A stretch of 39,024 nucleotides of DNA, taken from the IMG/VR virus record IMGVR_UViG_3300029858_000025. One strand, written 5' to 3'. This stretch comes from a virus. The notes beneath the pieces were generated by a model. That model was not told where the DNA came from. It searched no databases and was given only the letters and a program-made list of their open reading frames with translations. Positions 1 to 6,800 of this stretch are shown here, piece after piece. A program made the translations under genes and the position numbers. Positions within the stretch are counted from its first letter, which is position 1; each line of letters begins with the position of its first letter.

Positions 1-110
1 GCACGATTTGTGCAACATTGTTGAGCGCAGTCCCCCTTATGGTACTCTCATACAAATTCCCCCTTTCTTTTTGAATCTAACGTGTTATTATCAAAACAGA
101 ACAAGTGTTT
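1..110. repeat. Direct terminal repeat, left copy (identical to 38915-39024)
   Basis: Base-by-base comparison: gcacgatttgtgcaac...aacaagtgttt occurs at both ends. Confidence 0.95.
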
Positions 111-122
111 GGAGGTAGAAAG

Positions 123-260
123 ATGACTGAACATGAAAAAGAACGAGCTTTTATTGAAGCTTTAAAAGACCCCGAAAAATTCAAAGCTATTTTTGCGATA
201 ATACAAAGTGATCGACGAGAACGCGGGCTTCCTGAGATAATTCTCTGTAAGCCAGTATAA
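123..260 (+). CDS. Small hypothetical ORF (45 aa, MTEHEKERAFIEALKDPEKF...), antisense to the 3' end of the repressor gene
   Basis: ATG at 123 lies 7 nt after GGAGG (111-115). Below the ORF-track cutoff. Overlaps 187-260 on the opposite strand. Confidence 0.25.
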   Translation: MTEHEKERAFIEALKDPEKFKAIFAIIQSDRRERGLPEIILCKPV

Positions 261-504
261 GCTTATACTCGTTTTCGGACACAAGCCTATGAAGGTTCTC
301 GACCTCTTGACGCCCATACAGGTAATCCATATCAACGTTGTATATGTCGGCTATCGTTTCGAGCAATTCATCATCAGGACGACGCTCATTGCGCTCGACC
401 ATGGAGATTGTGCTTCTTGACACCCCGACAAGTTTCGCTAATTCATCCTGAGTATGGCCATGCTCTGTTCTCAAACGCTTAATTCGGCTACCAAATAAAG
501 CCAT
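187..504 (-). CDS. XRE/cI-like HTH repressor
   Basis: 105 aa with an N-terminal HTH_3-type signature (IKRLRTEHGHTQDELAKLVGVSRSTISMVERNERRP). Divergent to the cro-like gene. Confidence 0.85.
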   Translation of the reverse strand: MALFGSRIKRLRTEHGHTQDELAKLVGVSRSTISMVERNERRPDDELLETIADIYNVDMDYLYGRQEVENLHRLVSENEYKLILAYRELSQEARVLVDHFVLSQK

Positions 505-522
505 TTATATCACCTCGACACC

Positions 523-551
523 ACTATAACACAGAGAGTGACAAATGTAAA
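523..551 (-). promoter_or_regulatory. Candidate repressor promoter TTTACA-17-TATAGT with TGn extension
   Basis: Read on the minus strand: -35 at 546-551, -10 at 523-528, 17-nt spacer. Upstream of the RBS and ATG at 504. Confidence 0.5.
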
Positions 552-572
552 TAAAAAATGTTACAAATAGTG

Positions 573-602
573 TTGACACGTTTAGTGTCATGGTGCTATA
601 CT
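573..602 (+). promoter_or_regulatory. Candidate early rightward promoter TTGACA-18-TATACT (TGn extended -10), overlapped by palindrome TGACAC-N5-GTGTCA (574-590)
   Basis: -35 at 573-578, -10 at 597-602. A perfect 6-5-6 inverted repeat covers the -35 and spacer, consistent with an operator. Confidence 0.6.
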
Positions 603-634
603 TAAAACACAGAAAAGAATGGGAGGTGAAAATC

Positions 635-847
635 ATGCCCACGCGAGAAGAAATAGGACGTAGGTTGCGTGAATGCCGCAAGACAAAAGGTATAAGTAGC
701 GAAAAAGCAGCTATTGAAATGGGGCTTACGGCATCGTCCTTGCGAAAATATGAGAGCGGCGAAAGAACGCCTCGTGATGAAGTCAAAATCACAATCGCTG
801 ATTATTATGGTATGAGCGTACAGGCAATTTTTTTTGATGTAGCATGA
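635..847 (+). CDS. Cro-like XRE-family HTH regulator
   Basis: ATG 635 follows GGGAGGTGA. HTH signature: IGRRLRECRKTKGISSEKAAIEMGLTASSLRKYESGERTP. Confidence 0.85.
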   Translation: MPTREEIGRRLRECRKTKGISSEKAAIEMGLTASSLRKYESGERTPRDEVKITIADYYGMSVQAIFFDVA

Positions 848-894
848 CACTATACGTGTCAAAAAGCGAACAGACAACATAGGAGGTGAGCGGC

Positions 895-1056
895 ATGATG
901 AACCTTGAACAACTGGAAGCAACAGAAAAGAAAGTGGCTGCCATATTAGCGGAATCCGGCGCCACTCTCCCCGAAGTGGAGTACATCTTAGCACATTGCA
1001 AATGTTACCTTACTGCCTCGTATTACGAGATTCCAGAACATCAGCAATCCGATTAA
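895..1056 (+). CDS. Hypothetical protein, 53 aa
   Basis: ATG 895 lies 4 nt after AGGAGGTGAG. Hand translation MMNLEQLEATEKKVAAILAESGATLPEVEYILAHCKCY... ends at TAA 1054-1056. Confidence 0.5.
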   Translation: MMNLEQLEATEKKVAAILAESGATLPEVEYILAHCKCYLTASYYEIPEHQQSD

Positions 1057-1070
1057 GAAAGGAATCAGCC

Positions 1071-1403
1071 ATGGATAACTTTAACAAACTCCTGCGGGAT
1101 ATGATAACCGCCGCCGTGGACGAGCGTATAAACAGCGTTGAAGCGCTGGAGGAGCGCATGGTGAAGATGCACGGCGAGTATGTCACCACCAAGCGGGCAT
1201 CCGAGATCATCAACGTAGACCCCGGCACCATACGCGCCATGTGCAGGGATGGGCGCCTCATGGCGACCGCCGCCGACGGCCACGCTCCCCTCATACTGGT
1301 GCGGAGCATGGCCTCCATGGTAGAGGATAAGACGGCGGATCAGCCCAGGGTAAAGGCTGCCCGCCGCCATAAGTACGACGATTGTAAATACAAAGTGCAG
1401 TAG
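1071..1403 (+). CDS. Excisionase/MerR-like HTH DNA-binding protein (110 aa)
   Basis: Internal ATG 1071 of ORF 996-1403. VTTKRASEIINVDPGTIRAMCRDGRL resembles the HTH_17/Xis-type motif. Confidence 0.5.
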   Translation: MDNFNKLLRDMITAAVDERINSVEALEERMVKMHGEYVTTKRASEIINVDPGTIRAMCRDGRLMATAADGHAPLILVRSMASMVEDKTADQPRVKAARRHKYDDCKYKVQ

Positions 1404-1713
1404 TTCCCCACGCGAAAGGGGAGAGCAGAGGGCGGCATCTTGGGCCGGTGTCCGATGGGCAGAGTTTATAATCTCCTTTTTGATATACACAGACCACCTG
1501 ATATGTCCGACAAAACGCTGCTTCTGCTCACCGCCCTCTGCTGTCTCCTTTCGCCGGAGGTGATGCGAATGACCTAACAATCCCACAACAGCACGTTAGC
1601 AACTCGACCGGGCGAGTATAAACAGGATTCAGGCCCGGTGCGCCTCTGGTGGGCGGCTTTGCCGATAGCCCGCGCCGCCGGAGGGTATCAGATCATAAGG
1701 AGGACGCAAAACA

Positions 1714-2343
1714 ATGCAATTAGGAGAAATGACATTCGGGGCAAACATCAAAATCCCCGAGCGCCGCGAGGATGGAACCTACGAGCTGGCTGACTACACC
1801 CTCGGTTGCCTCAATAATTTTGACGTAGGCACCGCAGGGCTTGCCCGCGAGGAGATACACAGCCGGTGCTGGTTTGGCGACAGCGCGGAGTACGCCGGAT
1901 CAGACCTGGACAAACGCATGACGGAAATATACAACAGCTACCCCAACGAGCTTAAAGAACTGATTATCCCCAGCACGATCCCGCTGTATAACGGCAGCGG
2001 CGCCAAGAATATAGCCCGAAAAGTATTTGCCCCCACGTTGACCATGGTATGCGGCGGCGACAATCACGGGATAGAAGAAGGCTTAACATGGCCTATATTC
2101 GCGGGAAGAAATAGCCGCAAAAAGACCTTTAATGGCTCGACAGCCTTCTGGTGGCTTTCCTCGCGGTACTCCTCTGACGGCGCCTGGTGCGTCTACGCGG
2201 ACGGCTCCGCCCACGACTTCGACTTGTGTTTCACGTTTGGTGTTGTCCCCGCTTTTATACTCCCTCAATCGGTGCAGATTGACGACACACCGGATAATGA
2301 CGGCAGCTACAGATTGACGGAGCTGCAAAGCTATTGCTCGTAA
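1714..2343 (+). CDS. DUF6273-like protein, paralogue A (209 aa)
   Basis: RBS AAGGAGG. Family pattern present: KVFAPTLTM ... WWLSS ... AW.V..DG ... GVVPAFILP. Paralogue of 3401-4030. Confidence 0.75.
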   Translation: MQLGEMTFGANIKIPERREDGTYELADYTLGCLNNFDVGTAGLAREEIHSRCWFGDSAEYAGSDLDKRMTEIYNSYPNELKELIIPSTIPLYNGSGAKNIARKVFAPTLTMVCGGDNHGIEEGLTWPIFAGRNSRKKTFNGSTAFWWLSSRYSSDGAWCVYADGSAHDFDLCFTFGVVPAFILPQSVQIDDTPDNDGSYRLTELQSYCS

Positions 2344-2350
2344 AAAAGCC

Positions 2351-2671
2351 ATGAAAAGCAAACGCACAAAAGCATGCGAAATACCTCTCAAAGTCAAGCG
2401 GTATGTATGGGAGAGGGACCATCATTGCTGCGTCCTGTGCGGCAGGCCCGGCAACCCGGACGCGCATTTTATTCCGCGCTCCCATAACGGGAAGGGAATA
2501 GAAGAGAACATCGTCACCCTGTGCCCTGAGTGCCACAGGGATTACGACAATTCAGAACGCAGGCCGGAGATCAGAAAGGCCCTCCGGGCGTACCTCATGG
2601 CCAAATACCCGGATTGGGACGAGGAAAAGCTGAGATACCGTAAGTGGAGGAGTGATTACATATGCAAGTAA
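2351..2671 (+). CDS. HNH endonuclease
   Basis: Cys pairs plus His/Asn/His: CCVLCGRPGNPDAHFIPRSHNGKGIEENIVTLCPECHRDYD. Confidence 0.85.
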   Translation: MKSKRTKACEIPLKVKRYVWERDHHCCVLCGRPGNPDAHFIPRSHNGKGIEENIVTLCPECHRDYDNSERRPEIRKALRAYLMAKYPDWDEEKLRYRKWRSDYICK

Positions 2672-2886
2672 GGGAGCTTTTACCCATAATCGCCCTGCTG
2701 AAAACACAACGGGTACGACTGTACCACTCGCCGGACGGGGCGCTGATCGGAGACTTCAGGAGGGAGGATATTCTTCCCGCCGTCTGCGGCAGAACGGTAG
2801 CCGCCCTGCTCGATGCGTCCCTGCTGTGCATGGATGCCAATAACAACTACATCAATTTATACGTTGCAACGGGAAAGGACAAATGA
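2662..2886 (+). CDS. Hypothetical protein (74 aa)
   Basis: ATG follows GTGGAGGAG. Overlaps the HNH stop by 10 nt, consistent with operon packing. Confidence 0.55.
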   Translation: MQVRELLPIIALLKTQRVRLYHSPDGALIGDFRREDILPAVCGRTVAALLDASLLCMDANNNYINLYVATGKDK

Positions 2887-2979
2887 TATGTGGGGAGCAT
2901 TTTTCAGCTGGGGAGTGCCGATGTTTGTTATAGGCGTAATGGCGGGCGTTGCATTCGCACCCCACAAAAGGAGATAGAC

Positions 2980-3372
2980 ATGGAAGCGTGCACAACCGGA
3001 CAAACCCTGTGCTGGCGTTGCCGAAGAGCGACCAACGCCCCAGGCATGGGCTGCAGCTGGTCTCGCCGCGCCGATCCCGAACCCGTTGAGGGCTGGGAGG
3101 CAAGGGAGACAACGCTGAAGGGCAGCGACTATTACCACGGCAAAAACTACACGACAATTATACAGTCCTACGTCATCCGCGCCTGCCCGCTGTTTTTGCC
3201 GGACGGGAAAAGCGAGCCGCCGCGTATATACAGGAAGTGGATCGTCGAAGTGGACGGCGAGTGGCTGACAATGCAGGAGACGAGGGAGCGGCTGGGCATC
3301 GACAGACACGAAATATACAAACTGATCGAGCGCGGCAAGCTCAACGCCAGACAAGTGGAGCAAATGAGCTAA
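2980..3372 (+). CDS. Zinc-finger plus C-terminal HTH protein (130 aa)
   Basis: ATG 2980 follows AAAGGAG. Contains CWRC...C.W and a C-terminal LTMQETRERLGIDRHEIYKLIERGKL. Confidence 0.55.
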   Translation: MEACTTGQTLCWRCRRATNAPGMGCSWSRRADPEPVEGWEARETTLKGSDYYHGKNYTTIIQSYVIRACPLFLPDGKSEPPRIYRKWIVEVDGEWLTMQETRERLGIDRHEIYKLIERGKLNARQVEQMS

Positions 3373-3400
3373 AAACATATCATAGGGAGGACATAAAAAA

Positions 3401-4030
3401 ATGAAATTAGGAGAACTACCATTCGGAAGCAACATCAAAATCCCCGAGCGCCGCGAGGATGGAACCTACGAGCTGGCTGACTACACCCTCGGTTGCCTCA
3501 ATAATTTTGACGTAGGCACCGCAGGGCTTGCCCGCGAGGAGGTACACAGCCTGTGCCGGTTCGGCGACAGCACGGAGTACGCCGGATCAGACCTGGACAA
3601 ACGCATGACGGAAATATACAACAGCTACCCCGACGAGCTTAAAGAACTGATTATCCCAAGCACGATCCCGCTGTATAACGGCAGCGGCGCTGAGGATATA
3701 ACACGGAAAGTATTTGCCCCCACGTTGACCATGGTAGGCTGCGGCGACAACCACGAAGCAGAAGAAGGCTTAACATGGCCTATATTCACGGGAAGAAATA
3801 GCCGCAAAAAGACCTTTAACGGCTCGGCAGCCAACTGGTGGCTTTCCTCGCAGAACTCCTCTGTCAGCGCGTGGTACGTCTACACGGACGGCTCCGCCTA
3901 CTACAACTTCCCGTCGCTCTCGTATGGTGTTGTCCCCGCTTTTGTAATCCCTCAATCGGTACAGATTGACGACATACCGGATAATGACGGCAGCTACAGA
4001 TTGACGGAGATGGAAAGCTATTGCTCGTAA
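3401..4030 (+). CDS. DUF6273-like protein, paralogue B (209 aa)
   Basis: Same length as 1714-2343. 111 nt are identical (3431-3541 = 1744-1854). The C-terminal WWLSS..GVVPAF segment is diverged. Confidence 0.75.
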   Translation: MKLGELPFGSNIKIPERREDGTYELADYTLGCLNNFDVGTAGLAREEVHSLCRFGDSTEYAGSDLDKRMTEIYNSYPDELKELIIPSTIPLYNGSGAEDITRKVFAPTLTMVGCGDNHEAEEGLTWPIFTGRNSRKKTFNGSAANWWLSSQNSSVSAWYVYTDGSAYYNFPSLSYGVVPAFVIPQSVQIDDIPDNDGSYRLTEMESYCS

Positions 4031-4070
4031 AAAGACTGCTAAAAACATATCAAAGGAGGACAAACGAAAA

Positions 4071-4523
4071 ATGGAAACAACTGAAAAGACTTTCGGCGTT
4101 TGCCGCTACTGCGGGCAACTGCTCAATATCAAGAGCTATTTGGCCCTACACCCAAACATCGACGACCCGGACGAGGACACGATAGCTACCCTTATATGTG
4201 ACTGCAAGGAGGCCAGACGCGACCGCGACACTCATGTGGCTGCCCTTCGGGGAGAGAGCGACCGCATTGAAGCCCTGCAAAAAGCAAATGACGTGATCGA
4301 GGAGCTTTTTACCGGCAATCCGCACCAGAAGCGCATGGCCGTGGACGAGCAGACATGGGAGATATTGCAGCAGCTTGCCGAGCGGGTGTACGGCGGTTTT
4401 GTGGACAAAGCGGTCATCACCACCACGGACGGAGTTAAGGCCACCGTAAAGAGCACCGGCTCCGCCGCTACCAGCATAGTTATAGAGCGCAGCGAGACCA
4501 AAAAAAAGAAAAAGGAGATATAA
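4071..4523 (+). CDS. Hypothetical protein with N-terminal CxxC / CDC motifs (150 aa)
   Basis: RBS AAAGGAGG. ORF-track product with a lysine-rich C-terminus. Confidence 0.6.
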   Translation: METTEKTFGVCRYCGQLLNIKSYLALHPNIDDPDEDTIATLICDCKEARRDRDTHVAALRGESDRIEALQKANDVIEELFTGNPHQKRMAVDEQTWEILQQLAERVYGGFVDKAVITTTDGVKATVKSTGSAATSIVIERSETKKKKKEI

Positions 4524-4526
4524 CCC

Positions 4527-5033
4527 ATGGAAAGCCGGGAGATATATGACATGCTCCTGCGCGCCATAGGGGAGCACGTGGACACAAAAGGCCGGGCCAC
4601 TGTCAGCATCAACGGCAGGCCCGCCCTGATAGTAACGATAAACCGGGAGACCGGAGAGGTTACCGCCCGCAATGCGATCACCGACACGACCGCCGCCGAC
4701 GCGGTAATAGACTACCTCAACACTGTTGCTGGTACTAAATACCAAAAAACGCCGAAAAACCGCAGCTATATCAACGCCCGCATTGCGGAGGACCATACGC
4801 CGGAGGACTGCCGCCGGGTAATAGACAGCCGCTGGGCAGCGTGGAAGGGGACAAAGATGCAGGAGTATATGCGCCCCTGCACCCTGTTCAACAGCGAAAA
4901 ATTTGAGGGCTACCTGTCGGCGGCAAAAACCAACATCAAAAAAATCGCTGGGAGTTATTTTATGAACCACATTCAGCGCCAATACTCCGCCGACGAGCTG
5001 GCGAAAATAGGCGTTGATCTGCTGGAGGACTAA
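4527..5033 (+). CDS. Phage conserved C-terminal domain protein (DnaD-like replisome organiser type)
   Basis: YINARIAEDHTPEDCRRVIDSRWAAWKGTKMQEYMRPCTLFNSEKFEGYL matches the pattern remembered for the phage DnaD-associated C-terminal domain. Confidence 0.55.
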   Translation: MESREIYDMLLRAIGEHVDTKGRATVSINGRPALIVTINRETGEVTARNAITDTTAADAVIDYLNTVAGTKYQKTPKNRSYINARIAEDHTPEDCRRVIDSRWAAWKGTKMQEYMRPCTLFNSEKFEGYLSAAKTNIKKIAGSYFMNHIQRQYSADELAKIGVDLLED

Positions 5034-5036
5034 AAG

Positions 5037-6360
5037 ATGCGACACCTGGGCGACATAACAAAAATCAACTGGGACGAAGTCGAGCCGGTGGATTGCGTCA
5101 CCGGCGGCAGCCCATGCCAGGATTTATCCATTGCCGGGAAGCGGGTCGGGCTTGCCGGTGAGCGGAGCGGCCTATACATGGAGCAAATACGATGCGTAAA
5201 GGAGTTGCGGAAAGCCAGTGAACGAACAGGCAAAATTCGACCTCGATATATGGTCTGGGAAAATGTGCCGGGAGCCCTTAGCAGCAACGGAGGAAAGGAC
5301 TTTGCGACAGTGCTCGAAGAAGCGGTCAAAATCGTCGAGCCGCAAGCCCCCTCTATTCCTGCGCCTGCAAAATGGCCCACAAGCGGGTGCCTCATGGGTG
5401 GAGGATGGAGCATTGCTTGGCGAGTACACGACGCGCAGTTTTGGGGAGTGCCCCAACGAAGAAAACGTATCGCGCTTGTCTGCGATTTTGGAGGACACAC
5501 CGCACCCGAAATATTATTTGAGCGCAAAGGCTTGCGCGGGGATACTGCGGAGGGCGGAACGGCACGGGAAGAAATTGCTGGAGCCGCTGAAAGCGGTTTT
5601 AATCCAGCAGTCGCAAGGAGCCTTACCGCAAGAGCGGACGGAAGCCCCTGCGCCGACAGAGGCCCCAACATCGTATGCAGCCCGCATCAGGGGGGGCGTG
5701 GCCGTCGGCATCGGCAACGGACAAGCCCATGAGGCCATGACCATGGCGCAGGAGGTTAGTCAAACGCTAAATACAATGCACGACAAACAGGCGATTTTAT
5801 ATCAGCCCAAAAGTATGATGGAAGAAAACTGGGCAGAAAGCGAAACGAAGAACGCATTACGCGCAGGAGAAAGTAAAGTGAGCCATGCGGTGTTGTGCAG
5901 CGCCGTTGATTGCCGGAATTTCACCGAGGGCGGAGAAATAAACGGAACCCTGCAAGCGAAAGAAAGCGGCGGGCAAAGCCTGAACCTGAATAATACAGTG
6001 CGGCAAAACATGATGGTGCGCCGGTTGACGCCGCTGGAGTATGAGCGATTGCAGGGTTACCCTGACGGATGGACTGACATAGGCAAGTGGAGAGACAGCA
6101 ACGGGAAAAAACATCGATCCAGCGACAGCGGCAGATATACAGCCCTGGGTAACTCAATAGCGTTACCGTTCTGGTTTTGGCTACTGCGGAGGATATCAGC
6201 GCAATATGAGCGGCCCGCCACGCTCGGCAGTCTGTTTGACGGCATCGGCGGATTCCCGCTCTGCTGGGAGCGGTGCAACGGCAAGGGGACGGCGCTGTGG
6301 GCGAGTGAAATTGAGGAGTTCCCTATGGCGGTAACAAAAAAGAGATTTGGGGAGGGATAA
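5037..6360 (+). CDS. DNA cytosine-5 methyltransferase, circularly permuted motif order, reading frame switches at a G7 run
   Basis: Frame A carries PCQ 5112-5120, ENV 5259-5267 and QRR 5454-5462, and stops at 5732. Frame B (open 5218-6360) carries RRLTPLEYERLQGYPDGW 6019-6072, GNS 6148-6156, FDGIGG 6235-6252 and SEIE 6304-6315. Confidence 0.85.
5690..5696 (+). repeat. G7 homopolymer at the frame junction of the methyltransferase
   Basis: Counted in ...cccgcatcagggggggcgtg.... Removing one G fuses ...SPHQGG to VAVGIGNGQ... Confidence 0.9.
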
Positions 6361-6361
6361 A

Positions 6362-6643
6362 ATGAAAACTATGAAAAAGAAGAAACTACCCACCTACACC
6401 GTCCTGATCCGCACACCCGCCGGGACGCAGACCGTTATTGAGACCAACGACTTTGCGAAAGCCAGACGGACATATGCCCAGTACAAGGGCTCATGCCGCC
6501 TGTGCATCGACGGGCGGGAGCTGCATATCCTTGAGGCGGACGAGCTGATGAACGACCACAGCGACAAAGTAATGGAGCAGATATTTATCCCGCGCCGCAC
6601 AAAGAAAACCGAGGACATACACGCATTAAAGCCTGCCCGGTAA
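6362..6643 (+). CDS. Hypothetical protein (93 aa)
   Basis: ATG 6362 follows GGGGAGGG. Starts MKTMKKKKLPTYTV... Confidence 0.6.
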   Translation: MKTMKKKKLPTYTVLIRTPAGTQTVIETNDFAKARRTYAQYKGSCRLCIDGRELHILEADELMNDHSDKVMEQIFIPRRTKKTEDIHALKPAR

Positions 6644-6653
6644 CACGGGCAGG
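6632..6653 (+). terminator. Stem-loop (8-bp stem cctgcccg/cgggcagg) overlapping the stop codon. A second hairpin lies at 6667-6687.
   Basis: Perfect inverted repeats read directly. The T-run is weak and displaced, so terminator function is uncertain. Confidence 0.35.
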
Positions 6654-6800
6654 ACTTGACCTTTTGCCGGGTGCGGCAATCACCCGGTCCTCCATTATGA
6701 TAGGGTGGCGGCAGGTGCGGCCAACGGGAAAACGCCCGCACTGCAAACCACCGCCCCCGGCAAAGGGCCAAGACATGATTATTAAAAAAAGGAGGCCGCC

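Noticed and set aside
1455-1577. 40-aa ORF (MGRVYNLLFDIHRPPDMSDKTLLLLTALCCLLSPEVMRMT) in the 1404-1713 gap.
   Set aside because: It has no RBS and overlaps the inverted-repeat arms. It is possibly a remnant and not supportable as a gene.
2888-2977. 29-aa hydrophobic ORF (MWGAFFSWGVPMFVIGVMAGVAFAPHKRR) between 2886 and 2980.
   Set aside because: It has only a weak RBS-like GGAAAGGA and is too short to distinguish from chance. It is noted as a possible small membrane peptide only.
1714-4030. Diversity-generating retroelement (template/variable repeat) as the explanation for the hypervariable patch of the DUF6273-like paralogues. Copy B has three AAC codons opposite variable positions of copy A.
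   Set aside because: No reverse-transcriptase-like ORF is visible anywhere in the genome. Both copies are full-length genes. Only about 10 of 24 substitutions sit at adenines of copy B, so the changes are not adenine-restricted.
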